NCBI GenBank assembly: GCA_013239625.1
Contig: MU054391.1
Coordinates: 7,721,095-7,785,094 of the forward strand
DNA: 64,000 nt
DNA from: Lama guanicoe
Taxonomy: Eukaryota
Direction: 5' to 3'
The translations under genes and the position numbers were made by a program. This document shows, in pieces, positions 47,996-61,358 of the stretch. A model generated the notes under the pieces. It saw only the letters and a program-made list of their open reading frames with translations. It did not search any database and had not been told where the DNA came from. Numbering within the stretch: position 1 is the first letter of the stretch; every line of letters begins with the position of its first letter.

Positions 47996-50329
47996 AGAAT
48001 TCTCTTATCTTCCATGCAACTCATTTGCACAATTTAAAGGATGAGTCATATGGTGTCACCTTTCTCTTTCACCTCTCAGCTTCAGTGGCCTTTACTACTT
48101 AGCATTCAGTGTTCCCTTCCCTCAGCTTCTTACACCTGCCGGTGGTGCACACTAATTCAACCCAGGGCCCTAACTCCTTGGATTTCCCAACTCAGGGAAT
48201 TCTCTTTAAAAAGGGACATCGATGTCTTAAACAACAATGGCAGAAACCACAGGGGAGATCTGAGGGGACTTTTGAAGGCTTCTAAGGGAGACTGTGTAGA
48301 AAACTCGGCACTGTTATTGGGTATAAGCCAATCCCACCCAGAGTACAAACCCTCCTTGGAAAAACACCGTCTGATTTTAAGTTGAAGCCCATTCCTGAGC
48401 CTTTGAATTAATGCAAGGAATGATCTATTTTTCTTTGGTCGTAAGGCGACCTCACAAATCCTAGTTGATCACAACACTCCCAGAGCTCCAAAGGAACCCT
48501 CTCGCAGGTGACCAGTTGGCCCAGGATCACAGCATCTAGTTCAACATCTACCCCGCACCAGGCTGTGCTGCCCCCTGGGCCCTGCCCTCAGAGAGCTGCC
48601 TTCCAGAGGACGGAGAAACTCAGGGCCACAATCCAGGACAATGAGGGAAGTGCTGTGAGGACACAGAGAGAGGACCCGTTGCTCAAACTGGACCAGGTGT
48701 GTGGATCGGGGAAGACTTCCTGGAGGAGGTAAGGCCTGAGGCAGAGGGGCCAGTGTGAGCAAAGGTGTGGGGTGGTAAACGTGTGACTCGGAGGACTGGG
48801 CAGGTCACTGCACTAGACTCAAGAGCCTTCGATAACGCTCATCCCAACACAGTCAAAGTTCCTGGTGTGCAGTTAAGTAGCTGGGCCCTCCTTTTCCGAG
48901 CCCTGCTTTCCAGCTGTAGAATGGAGCAGTGAGCAATCGTCTCTGTCCCCAGCTTCCCATGGTTCTAGGTTCAGGAAGACTTGGAAGCCACTCTCCCATG
49001 CAAAGCAGATAATTCCATCTACTCGGTGACTTCTCATTCTCCTTTTAGTCGGTGCCAAGCGACACCCCCTCCTTTCACCAGCAGAAGAGGCCAAAGGATA
49101 TGAAAATAAGTCTTGTGCAACAAATCCAAACAGCACAAGCGTCTACGGGTCGTGGTGCGGTGTGGCGCCTCCACCCGGCCTGGCCAGGTCTCCGGCAGAC
49201 AATGCGCTCAGTTGCATTTGTGCAGGAAAGTGGCCGCCAAAGGACAGCGCAGTGTCCTGCCGGGGCAGTGGCACTGGGGCTGACTCCAGGCCCGGCCCGG
49301 GGCGTGAGCTAACCATCCACTGGGCTGTGGTTAGTGAGCTTTGGTTTCTGGTTCCCCAAGGGAGGGCAGAAGGGTCTTTAGAGCTGTTTTTCTTTGATTT
49401 CCTGCCTCTTCTTTCTTCTTGAAGAAAATTAAACAAAATTTGTTCAGAATCCAAAGGCAACAGCGTCTTTAGTACAAGGCAGATCTCCCTCCCCTTGCTG
49501 TCCTGTCCCGTTGTTCACTGCAAGAGGTTACTTGATTTAATTTAATTTTTAATAACTGTACTGAACCCTGTCCGTGGTGTGGCTCTGCCCACTTAAGCTG
49601 TCAGGGAGCCCTTGGACACAGCTGCTCCCCAGGCTACAATTCTGTCGCTGCTCCATGACCAGCTACCTGGCTTTGAGGGCAGAGGCACAAGCTAACTCTT
49701 CCTGAGTGTCTGCTGCGTCGGTCTCTTCAGATGAAGCAAATGCTCTCATCTATCATGTGCTATAAGCATTAATATTACCACTGTCATGGTATCCTCCCCA
49801 CTTTGCAGATGGAAAACCACCAGCTATGCCTTAACAGTTGGCTTCAACTGCCTCAGGCTTCAACTGCCTCACTAGAGGATCTGTCTGAACTGGAAATGGT
49901 TCTGTGGGCATCTGGACCCCTAGGCAGTCCTGCATCCCAGGGGAGGAGCTTGGAAACGAGGGTGGACCCAGCCACATACTGGGCAACAAGAACCACCACA
50001 AAAATGAAACAGCATCCAGTGTGCTTGCAAATTTTGAAGATTTTTCTGCTTCATTCTTCAGTTAAATTTCTACCCGGCTGCTGAGAAAACGAACAGAACA
50101 GCTCTGTCCATGGTAGACAGCAGCCTGAATCACCCAGGTGACGACCTCCTTCTGATGTCATACGTGCCTCAGACGCCAGCACGCCCTTTCGGGACCAGTT
50201 CAAATGCCTCCCTCCCTGGAAAGCTTTACACATACATGCATCTGCACACATGTATGCACATGTGTCTAGAGGATACATACATACATACCTCCTGCTGGTT
50301 CTGGAGATCCCTGACTAATAGAATGCCTT

Positions 50330-50630
50330 TCTCCAACTTCCGGTCAGTTGCTGGCAATCCTTGGCATTCTTTGGCTCATAGAAGCGTCACTCCAACCTCA
50401 GCCTTCACCTTCACATGGTGTTTTCCCTGTGTACATGCCTGTTTGTCCAAATTTCCCCTTTTTCTTAAAAACACCAGTCATATTGGAGTAGGGCTCACCC
50501 TAACTTTAACTTATCTTAACTCATGATTCTGCAAAAAACACCTATCTTCAAATAAAGGCACATTCTGAGGTTCTGGGAGTTAGGATTTCAATATATGAAT
50601 TTTCTGGGGATGCAGTTCAACCCATGACAC
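50330..50630 (-). mobile_element. MLT1B/C-like LTR, partial
   Basis: gttgctggcaatccttggcattc...caccagtcatattggagtagggctcaccctaa...gcagttcaacccatgaca. Confidence 0.85.
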
Positions 50631-50869
50631 TTATTTTCCAGTTGATGCTAGAATCCCATTTACAACCTCTCTGTGCCTACCTTTGGACCAAGTGATGAAA
50701 ACTGGCTCCCTTCCCAGGCAAACATCTTGAAACATCAGTTTTTTCCTGTGATTCTGGCCCTCATGGATACAGAACATATTAATTAATCTTCCTTCTGATG
50801 AATCTAAATAATTTGAAGAAAAATGCTCCTTGTTTTGAGAAGCCCAGTCTCCCTGGAGTCAGGCATCAC

Positions 50870-51045
50870 CAACAGACTTAACCTTGGCTGCTCACTGGAA
50901 TCACTTTAAACAAAGCCTCGTGCCCAGGACCCATTGCAGACCAATCCCATCAGAATTTCTGGAGGAGGGACCAAGCCTCACTTTGCTTTTCAAAGCTTTC
51001 CAGGTAATTCCACTGTATGGCCAAGGTTGAGAACAATGATCTGTT
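50870..51045. mobile_element. MER5-type hAT element
   Basis: accttggctgctcactggaatcac...atcagaatttctggagg...caaagctttccaggtaattc...aggttgagaac. Confidence 0.75.
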
Positions 51046-51889
51046 AGAATACTGGGAGTTAATCTCATCTCTACAGGTGAGAAAATGGCTGGGGTCTTTG
51101 GATTCAACTAAATCTGACACACTTGGCACTCTGACCCTTAGAAGACTGGGAAAACTCTGCATGAGCTAATTCGTTCCTTTAGTTTTCAAACATGTATATT
51201 TAAGAGACAGTGTGAGCCATCTGGTTTTAATTCAGTGACGCGCCGTCATTGGAATGCTATTTTGTAAAAAAGTGTGCTGATGCCTCAGGACTCCAACTGA
51301 AAAGAGCTGGTTGCTCAACCTGGAAACCAAGTGGCCCGGGCTGGGTGGGTCAGGCACCAGCCTTGGAAGCCCAGAGGACCTGCCAGTGTCCACACGTGTG
51401 CTCTGCGAGCAGAAACCCCAGAAGAGCTGACGTCTTTATTTTCAGGACTGCGGAGAATGCTGACAGTCACACTTTGGAGCGGCGGTGGGGGACTGTGACT
51501 CGCTTGTGTTCCTTTGTCCCCGTCACACGGGTACCTCCTGGAAGTCTAGGCACTGTGTTCTGCTTCTCTCTCTTTCTCACCATGAAGACTTTAACTCATT
51601 TATCAAACTAAACTGATTTGTACCAAACTCAACCTTATAGAAAACAAAAATGACTAGTGATGATCAAATCTGAGCTGGAAGCAGCTCAATGACAGAGTGA
51701 AGTAAATGCCTCTAGGTAAAAGAGAAGCTCCCGGAACACAAATCGTTCTGAGGGAGATACACACTTAATGGAGATTATCATGAATTTTTGTAACTAGTAT
51801 GTAAGAGCTTATCTAATCCAGTTTCCTCATTTTACAGATGAAAAGAACTGAGGTCAAGAGAGTGAAAGAGATAGCAACTTACTCAAGAT

Positions 51890-51912
51890 CACACACACAC
51901 ACACACACACAC
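51890..51912. repeat. (CA)n microsatellite inside an antisense MIR (~51800-52000)
   Basis: Seen directly; MIR motif cattttacagatgaaaagaactgagg. Confidence 0.85.
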
Positions 51913-52564
51913 AAACTCCCGAATCAAAAAACACATCTCTGAATGTCCAGGGCAGAAACCAGGTTTCCTGTCTCCCAGACTAGGGTTTGCCAAAGTATCA
52001 TCCTGCTGGGAGATGCCCAAATAAAAATAAAAATAAAATACAAGCATACTTTATTTTTATTTTGCTCCAGTAGTCTTGAGCAGTAGCACTCCTAGCATTT
52101 GCTGTCAAGGACACTTTTGCTAGGCTGTCAGAAGGTAGAGGGCAGATCCTGTTCAGAAACACGAGAGGGAAGGACGGATAGCCAAGAGTTCAGTAAGGCA
52201 TGCGGAAGTGGCAAAGGCCCAGGTAGGAACCTATTTCAAGGTCAGGTAAGAATGGAAGAAGGATGTTCAAGCATGGGAGTGAGTGCATTTGCATTACTGA
52301 ACAATGCTTTCCCGCACTGGCTTTATGTTACAATGATCCAAGAAGATTTTTAAGACAACATTGGTACCCAGACTCCACCCCTCCCCCAACAATTCCAATT
52401 GATCAGAAACGGGGCCCAGAAATTGCTAGGATTTTAAAACTTCCCTGGTGAGTGGACATGCTCTCACAGTCCGCTGAGAAATGTCGAAGGGCGTACTGGC
52501 GGAAGGATACTGAGAATACGCCGCGGGGAGACAGCTGTGGGGAGGGATGCTCAAAAGTGAGTCA

Positions 52565-52812
52565 CTGTCACATGTTTGTTCGCTGTGAGCTGCCACAGGA
52601 TCTTGTATATGTTTCCCTGTGCTATACAGTATAATCTTGGTTATCTATTCTGCATACGCCTGTATGTATGTTCATGTATAATTGAAAAATTGTGCTCTAT
52701 ACTGGAATTGGACACAGCATTGTAAAATGACTATAACTCAATTAAAAAAAAGTTTAAAAAATAAATAAATAAATAAACCAGGAAAAAACCCCTGCATTAA
52801 AAAAAAAAAAAA
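52565..52812 (+). mobile_element. Young L1 3' UTR with 5' inversion
   Basis: 52565-52660 is the reverse complement of the sequence just 5' of the sense part, judged against the uninverted copy at 36449-36632. A tail; degenerate TSD aagtgagtca/gagtgattca. Confidence 0.8.
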
Positions 52813-52819
52813 AGAGTGA

Positions 52820-53060
52820 TTCAATGGAACGTAGTGACTAGCTGGATTAGGGGTGAGGGAACGGGGAGCTTCTGGCTTTGGAAGCTCGGCAGATGATGGG
52901 TCTATTCTTGGGCTGTGGAGAAGATAGGATTCCAGGCTGGTTTGACGGGGGTGGTGATGAATTCGTGTTTAGACTTGTTGAGGGTGAGATGCCCGTGAAC
53001 CCTCCGGATGGAGTTTACAGCAGCTGGTTGTATGAAGGCGTCTGGAGCTCGGCAAGTCAT
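52820..53060 (-). mobile_element. L2 LINE fragment
   Basis: gatgaattcgtgtttagacttgttgagggtgagatgcccgtgaaccctccggatggag...ctggagctc. Confidence 0.75.
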
Positions 53061-54122
53061 TCTGCTTTGGGGATTTCTGTGCGTTAATCCGTATGAAATC
53101 TCATCTTATTTAAGGCAAGAAATGAATCTTCCAGCCACAATAAGGCCAGCAACTAGGTCATCGAAAGCCCTGGAAATTTGAGTGTACACACTGCCACTCA
53201 GACCTCGCCCTCTGTCGGATGGCAATTCTAGGACACACCCGACCCCCACTGCAGGCATCTTGCCTGTGACCTAGGACATGTCATGTTGCTAGAAACATGC
53301 CGTTTTTATCAGTGAGGGTCTTTCCTATCCTAGAGACCCGAGTGTGTGGGGAAGTGTGGGGAGAGTGGTAGGGGACAGCAGGGGAGTGGGCAGAGGGCAG
53401 GGGATGGGGGGCACCTCCATGAAAGCATTCCATTGTGTGTAGCTGGCTCTGAAGGGAGGGAGAAACAGATCATCAGTAACAGAAACGTCAGAGACCAGAA
53501 AAAGATACAAGCAGACCCTCAAATCCTAGTCTCCCCAAAAAGTTAAGCCAACAACTCAGTCTTCCATCATGCCCTCGATATCACCAAACACGACTGAGGC
53601 CAGACCACCAACTGGGGCCCCTCTAAGGCTCTGGTCACCCTCCGGTGCTCTGTCCTGTTTAGCTTGGAGTGTGTGGCTCTGCACAAGAACAAGGAAGCCA
53701 GCTTAGACAGCATCTGGGGAGTCCCTGAGGTAGAAGTGGTGGCCACTTAACTAGGAAAGGCACAGCATTTCCAATGCAATTCCCCTTGCATGGCTGCAAG
53801 AGACACGTCTCTGATGGAGCCTGACTGCCTCACATCCCAGGTGAAAGTTCATAAAAAGGCTCCCAAAGAATGAGAACTTCCCCATGCTTGGAATCCCTCT
53901 GAAATCTATGCCAGATCTCAGGTTCAGATCGTACCACATATAAGCATCATGCAAGGCGTCTGAGATACATTTTTCTGCTTATTCCCTATAAAAACTTGGC
54001 CAAGGTTTTGTTATCTACCTTGACTAAGGCAACCTAACCAATCAACGGTGAATAAGGGATGAGATGTAGGTCGACCTAGAGCACTCTGTTCACCGTCCAC
54101 TGCTGTCCATTTCTTCTTGCTT

Positions 54123-54206
54123 CTATAAATACATGGACATATCCACAGGCTGATGCATCTCCAGGAGCGGGAGGGCAACCTCCCCGGATTCAAGTGTCAC
54201 CTTGAC
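54123..54206 (-). CDS. Possible terminal coding exon (VKVTLESGEVALPLLEMHQPVDMSMYL*) of the unidentified gene
   Basis: Acceptor tatcctttaatcag, then 27 open codons to TAG. It is phase 0, so it cannot join the 62.4 kb exon directly. Confidence 0.2.
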   Translation of the reverse strand, partial: VKVTLESGEVALPLLEMHQPVDMSMYL

Positions 54207-55069
54207 CTGATTAAAGGATATTTGTTGGTTTGTCAAGGGATGTAAAAAAGTAACACACCACGTGCTGGGAACCTCGAATCTAAGTTTGAGCTTCACTGTC
54301 CACAGGCCTCATAATTACAAAGTGTGCACTGCTCTCTTTGAATAGCAGGTTTCTCTTCTTCTATAGTAAGGATAATAATACGTAACTTAAGTTTTTTTTA
54401 GATTAAACATTAAAAATGTTTCCAATAGGTTCAATTTGCTATCCTGGCCTCACTGTGTTTAACCCCCCAAATATTGAACTCTAGCCCAAAACTATGCATT
54501 GCCTTTTTGTGGGTTTTGATAAGGTACAGTTGGAGTCATTACATTTGGGTATCTTTAAGCTTTAACAATCTAATTTGGTAGCACCTTTAACTAGTACAGT
54601 GGAAACAGAAGATTATCCGTTGAAAATTGAGCCTTGAGAACGATTTGGCCTGCCTTTCCCTGCACGCCTTCTCCCTGAGCTGAGATCGGCAAAAATGCCT
54701 AACAATGAGCCCAATAGGATGTACTGGTGAGACAGATGGGCTTTGGCCAGGCAGAAGAAAGCACCTGCAAATTCCAGTTTAGACTAAGACTTGTTTCTTC
54801 TGCTTGGGTCCAATGAAAACTAGGGAAGCGAATGGTCCCGGGCCCCCTGCACTGACCTACTGCGGGTGTCCTCCCACCGGCCCAGCTGCTTGGAGGAGAA
54901 TGTCGTTCTTCTTAGATCTCCATATTTCATCTAAATCTGCCCTAGGTATTTGGCAGTAAGAAGTCTCTTTAGAGATAGGGATAGCCCAGATTTGATCTTA
55001 AAAGTTGCATGGTTTTTAAAACCAGACTTTTCTGCATCTGGGTCAGGAAAGGCAGCGAGCGAAGCTGTT

Positions 55070-55420
55070 TGGAGCCAGCCAAGGATTGTCTCCCCCGCTG
55101 ACTCAGAGTGTGGGCATCCTAGCGTGCAGTGAACTGTCCGCTCCCGAGAACAATGTCCCCGTTGTGAAGATCGCTGCATTCCAGAGCCTGGGCCTTCCCT
55201 GCACATGGCCCGGCGCGCCCTGGCGAGGAGGCTGGAGCACTGGTAGAAGGGAGCCCGCGGGCCGTGTTTTCTGTCGCCCCTCTCCCTTCCTGTCGGAAGG
55301 CTTCTAATTGGATGCAGCTGGATCAGCCCAGCGCTCCGAGTTTGCGTTGGCTTGAGAAAGAGGTGTGGGGAAAAAACAGTTCCCACCGTACCCCGAGCCC
55401 CAGGAGACCCCTGAGATAAG
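55070..55420. promoter_or_regulatory. Small CpG-rich patch
   Basis: Dense CpG (ggcccggcgcgccctggcgagg, gagcccgcgggccg) in non-repeat DNA. Confidence 0.35.
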
Positions 55421-55689
55421 GGCTCAGAATCTCACTAAAGTCACTGCGGGTGTTTTCCCAATGGCCAAGACCCGGCTGCACAAACTGAAGTCACTTTTTA
55501 AGAATGCCTGCAGATTAAGTGTCTCTCCCTCTTGAAACATTAGGAATTAAAGTTAATAGTAAGAATAGTAATAATTTGTCGCATTACTCACTCCCCTAAG
55601 GGGTTTCCCTCATGTTATCAGTTGACTGACTACAGTAACTTTGTTCTGAAAACAAGATGTTGTCAGACTAGGGCACAAAGAAAGGACAG

Positions 55690-55855
55690 GTAGCAAGGTG
55701 GGAAGAGCGTGATTTGGGTTCTGAACCCAGCTCTGTGAACTATCACTTGTGTGACCTTGAACAAGTCACTTATAGCTTATTCTGAATCCCTGTTTCCTCG
55801 GGCTACAAATGAGCGTATGTAAAAGCGCATTGTATTCATTTCTAGCCATTATTAC
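55690..55855 (+). mobile_element. MIR SINE
   Basis: tgggttctgaacccagctctg...tgtgtgaccttgaacaagtcactt. Confidence 0.8.
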
Positions 55856-57109
55856 AAGGGATTATAAAAAGTGTGATCAGATAGTAATCAAATGAGGCTT
55901 TTTTCCATTTTGTTCCTTTTTTTTTTTTGATAAAGCAGAAGGTATATATCTACATGAATGTATTTCCTTTGACGTATTTCTTCCACAAGGGAGGAAAGCT
56001 TACTCGTCCAGCATAGCAGTCCCCAGAGCACTTTTGACTTCCAAACTGGAAGTTGGTAGAGTGCTGGCTCATGAAACACTTGACTTCACAGGACATGAGT
56101 TTCTAGTCTCATCGTTTTGTACTTATTTATTTTTATCCTCCTCGCTGAGTCACTCCATTCACTTACTTGCCTTGTCTTTGCTTTTTAGCTCTTAACAGAA
56201 ATCAAATCAATTCTCAAAGTTCAAAGATTTGAAATCAGTGAAGAAATCCCTATGTCTGTCCCTCCACATCTTAAATCAGCCCTTTACATATTGTGAGCAA
56301 TAACTGAACCAAGTTCCACCTTCCCCCATGGACTGCTTTGCCGGAGATAGAACTGACATTGATTAGATGCTTAATGTGTGCCATGCTTTCTCAGTGTTAG
56401 TTGTATCTCATGTACATCTGATCTGACCTTCATTGCAAGATAGATAATGTTTTCTCTAAAGATAATGACTCTGAAACTTGGATATTTTAATTGGTTCTCA
56501 CCTACCTGATAAATAAGGGAGCTAGAATTAGACCTGAGTTCTTTCTGAGTTCAAAGTCTGTATCCTTTTTCTGTCACACCAGGCTTCCTCTTCATTCAGG
56601 AGGCTATGCACATCAAATAACCAGCCTCATCATTTTACAGAAAAGCCTCCTTCCCTTATTTGTTCATTCAACCATATTTGTTGAGACATTTCTGTGAATG
56701 TGGTCCTAATGGGGACCTGTAGAGATCCAGGTCCCTAGGAGACACTGACTTCTCTGGATCCACGTCTCCCAAGTATTCCATTTCCCCAGTCACTCACAGT
56801 ACCACAATAGCATCATATGTTTAATAATGGCTAGAAATGAATACAATACAAAATTAATTTCTTGCATGCCACAAATCAACAATGCTTTGTCCTTAGAACA
56901 CCATTGGATACTTTAGCTGGATCCAGGTAAGATCAAAACAGAGCTCTGGAACAGAGCTAGAGCTCCTTGTTAACTGTCACACATATGCATGTAATTCTGA
57001 AAATCTACGCCCAAAGTAAATATATATAGAATTATATTCGCCCTTTGGCTTTCCTGTACTATTGGAGACATAATTCTGTGGATCAAAAGTAATATAATGC
57101 CCCTCCCAC

Positions 57110-60100
57110 GTTGAGCCAAATTATACCAATAGGACTAGATTTACCTTCCCACTTGAAAAATTAAGGTCTAACTAACAAAACATATGAGACAATGGTTTTC
57201 AAGGCACTGAGCATCAGGCAACAAAAGACAGTGGTCACTGAGAGACACAAAACAAAAGAGGCAAGCCCTACAATTGCTCAGGCTCACCACCTTGAGTTTG
57301 CAGATGATGCTGCAAACAAGAGGAAACCTAGGCAGGGTCTGGTGGATTTCTTGGACAAAGAAACAGATGAGATTTCAGGGAAACCAAGGAAGCTCGGGTT
57401 TGTAGGACAGTGTACTAAAGAGGAAGTTATGCAGAGAGAGAATCCTGGAGAAATGCAAAGGGGCTTCCTTAGATTTTCACCAGAATATTAATTCAGACAA
57501 GCACATGAGCAAACTACCCAAGGCTGGAGAAAGAATCATCCAAAGAATTAAAGGGCACAAGGCTCAGCTCTCACACATGGCTGGAAATGAGACCTGTTTC
57601 CACCAGACAGACTGGAAAAACTCAGTGAACCCTGGGCATTGGGTGTAATACTCAGAAAAGTCTTATTTTTAATGGAGAGTAAACCCTAAATGTGTCTGGA
57701 TCTGCCAATAAATAATAGAAGCAAGATAGTGAAAGATCAAATTTTTTCAAATAACTGCATCACAGAATAAAACTCAAGCATATTAATAAGAGTAAAAAAA
57801 AAAAATCAGTATCCAAAAAGCTAAACTTTACAACGTCTGGCATCCAATCAAAGATTCTGACCCAGAACTGACACATGCGTTATGATTAGCAAGGACCATA
57901 GAATAGTTATTATGAATGCATTTCATGTATTCACAAAGTTAAGTAGAGACACGAAAGATTTTTAAAAGGCAAGTTGAACTTCTAGAGTGAAAAATTATAA
58001 CACTGGGGAAGCTTAATGTCACATTAGACATTTCAGAAGAAAAGACAGTGAACCTAAAGGCATAGCCATGGAAGCAGCTAAAATGAATCACCCACAGGAT
58101 AATAGTTAACAAATTAAAAAGGGACAGAACAGCAGTGAGCTGTAGGAAACCTGAAGCACCCAATATATAATTTGTAGTCCCTGAAGTAGGGAAGAAAACA
58201 AAGGGGACAGGAAAAGTTTTGAAGAAAAAATGGCCAAACAGTTTTTGAATTTGATGAAGCTATAAACCTAGAGAGCTAAGAAATACGAAGAAAATGATAC
58301 CAAGTCACATTATAACTAAATTACTCAAAACCAACAACACATAGAAGCTCTTAAACACAACCAGAAAAAAAAATTAGACACATTTTATACACAGGAACAG
58401 AGATAAAGGTGACAGATATTTCTCATCAGAAACAATGCAAGCAAGGAGACAGAGTAGAAACATCTTTAAAGTCCTGATAGGAAAAAAAAAAATATCAACC
58501 TTGAATTCTATACCCAGCAAAAATATCTTTCAAAAACCAGAAGAGAAATAAAGACATTTTTGGGAAAACAAAAGCTGCAGCCCTCATAGGTGGCAGACAC
58601 ATACTCTAAAAAGCCTTAGAGCAGTCTTTCAGGCCTCCTTTCAATCCTTCAGGAAAATAATTTCAAACGGAAATAGGAGTCTAGGCAAAGGAATAGAGAG
58701 CAGTAGTGGCCTAATATCACTTATGTGTGGATTGTGATACGTAAAAGATGTGCTTTATAAATCCTGTAGCAGCCACTAAGATAGCCAAACAAAGAGTTAT
58801 AGCCAGTAAGCCAAGAGAGGGGATAAAATAGAACTATAACAAACACACAGTTAATCCAGAGTGAAGACAAAGAAGGAGTAATATGGGATCAAGGAACAGT
58901 TGGATTTTTTTTTAAATAGAAAGATGATAGACTTAAATCTAATCACATAAATACACACATAAGTTTAAATAGTTTGGAAACCTCAATTAAAAGGTAGAAG
59001 TTGCCATAGTTTACAAAAAAAAAAAAATAAATATCCAACTAGTTGCTGCTTAGAGAAATACACTTTAAATATAAAGATACAAATTGATTAAATGTAAAAG
59101 GGTATTAGAAGATGCAACACCTTAACACTAATCAGAGTAAAGCTATATTGGCTGTATTAATATCAAACAAAATATATTTTAAAGGAAAGACTACTGCTAG
59201 GAATAAAGAAAATAATTTCATAATGATAATAATAAAATAATTAAAGTCTTGTTCACCAAAAACTCTACAGATTGCATACAGAAATTAAAGGAGACCTAAA
59301 AATTGGAGAGCTAAACCCTGTCCCTGGGTCAGAAGACTCAACACTATTAAGATGGAAATTATTCCCCAAATTAACCAATCAGTTCAATGAATACCAATCA
59401 AAACTCCAAAAGGCATTTTAATAGTAATCAATATGTTGATCCTAAAATTGATAGGAAGTCATGCAGGACCTATACCAACCAAAATATATTTGAGAAAGAA
59501 TAACAACATTGGACGGCTATCACTCCCTGATTTTGACTTACTAAAAAGACACACTGTGGTATAAGTACAAGGGTAGGAAAACAGATCAATAAAACAAATA
59601 GAGTCCAGAAATTGACTCAGACCTATTTGGAAAATGGACTTTCAACAAAAATATAGAAACAGTTCAGTGAAAGAGGGATAGTCTTTTCAATAAATGATGC
59701 TGCAACAATTTGACACCCATATGCAAAAACAGAATAAACCTAAATCCATGTCACATACCATGCACAAAAATAGCTCAGAACAGTTTGTCAACTTACATGT
59801 AGAAAACAAAACTATGAAACTTCTCATAGAAAACCTTTGTGAGCTTGGGTTTGCTAAAGATACAATGCTAAAAACAGGATCCAAAAAAAGGAAATTAGTA
59901 AGTTGGATTTTATCAAAATTAAAAATTTCTGCTCTTTGAAAGGCACTATTAAGAAAATTAAAAGAAAAATTCAAGAATAGGGAAAAATATTTACAAAGCA
60001 TATATCTGACCAAGGGCTTGTATCCAGACTATGTAACAAATTTTCAAAACTCAGTGACAAAAAAAAAAACAAAGAACTCAATAATAACAGCAAAACAAAA

Positions 60101-60900
60101 ACCAAGAAAACTACTTGAAGAGGCACTTCACTGAAGAAGGAATAAGTACATGGAAAATTAGAACATAAAAGTAATCTCATTAATCATTAGGTAAATGTAA
60201 GTGAAAACCACAGTGAGACTCCACGACACACCTATTAGAATTGCTAACGTTAAAAAGAATGATCACATCAAGTGCTGGTGAGGAGGTGGAATTCTCATGC
60301 CCTGCTGATGTGATGTAAAATGGTGAATCCACTTTAGGAGCTCGATTCTTAAAAAGTTAAATGTACATCTACCATCTGACCCAGTCTCCTCCTCCTGATC
60401 TACCCAAGGGTAAAGAAAACAGATGCCCAAACCAAGATCTGTTCAAAAATATTATTACCGTATTAATTGTAATAGACCAAACCCAGAAATAACCCAAATG
60501 CCCGTAGCAGGCGAATGAATAAACAAATCACAGTATATCCCTACAGTGGAATAAAAAGAACCAAAATATCTCTGTACGAGGAATGAATCTGAAAATAATT
60601 ATGCTGAGTGAAAGCAGGCAGACTGAAGAGCATGAACTGTATGATTCCACTGAGAGAAAATTCTAGGAAACGGGAGCTAATGTATAGTGAGAGGAAGCAC
60701 CGCCGGGGGTGGGTGGGCGGTGGGGGGGGGATGGGAGAGTTACTAAGAGATGCAGGAATGAAGCTTACAAAGGGGCACCAGGGAACCTTTGCGCTAATGG
60801 AGGTTTGCGTTATCTCGGTTGTGATGATGACACACGTGCCAGAACACATCAAATTCTGTGTTCCACCCAGGTTTAGCTTATTGTAAATAAAAAAAAATTG
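57110..60900 (+). mobile_element. Long old L1 (L1MC/MD-type): 5' region, ORF1, internally deleted ORF2, 3' UTR
   Basis: ORF1-like gaattctatacccagcaaaaatatctttcaaaa. ORF2-like ctgggtcagaagactcaacactattaagatg and cttgtatccagactatgtaa. 3' UTR aaataattatgctgagtgaaag. Confidence 0.85.
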
Positions 60901-60924
60901 TATGTTTTTTAAGAACCGTTCTCC

Positions 60925-61060
60925 TTGTATTGTTTTCTTTATGAGGGGGAGGAAATTAGATTCATTCATTGATTTCTGCTTGGAGGAGTACTGGGGATTG
61001 AACCCAGGACCTCTTGCGTGCTGAACATGTGCTCTGCCTCTTGAGCTATACCCTGCCCCC
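60925..61060 (-). mobile_element. tRNA-Ala-derived camelid-type SINE (vic-1-like)
   Basis: Reverse complement gggggcagggtatagctcaagaggcagagcacatgttcagcacgcaagaggtcctgggttcaatccccagtac..., same family as 23761-23880. Confidence 0.85.
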
Positions 61061-61244
61061 ACCAACAGTTCTAAAAAATACAACCCATCTTTTAAAAACC
61101 CCATTTCCAGAGGTCTCAGAAAAGAATTCTCCAAAGAAATATGGATTAAATTGTCCAAAATAAGCTGCAGGATATGACTGTTAACCAGCTGTGCTCGTTC
61201 TGATTGACTTACCTGAGCCTGGAGAAAAGACAATGACAGCTTAC

Positions 61245-61358
61245 CTGAACAGGGCACAGGGTCCCTCCAGACCCCACCACGACCCTCATAACTATTTTTC
61301 AGTGGGACGAAGGGCAGCGCTTTCCCATGGCTTCCAGAAATGCCCAAGCAGAACTGGC
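61245..61358 (-). other. Exon-like segment (114 nt)
   Basis: Pyrimidine-rich acceptor ...cccacctcccctcag and donor cag|gtaagc. Open only in phase 1. Confidence 0.3.

Noticed and set aside
52019..52063. AT-rich hairpin (aaaat)n...(atttt)n
   Set aside because: Low-complexity arms that are expected by chance.
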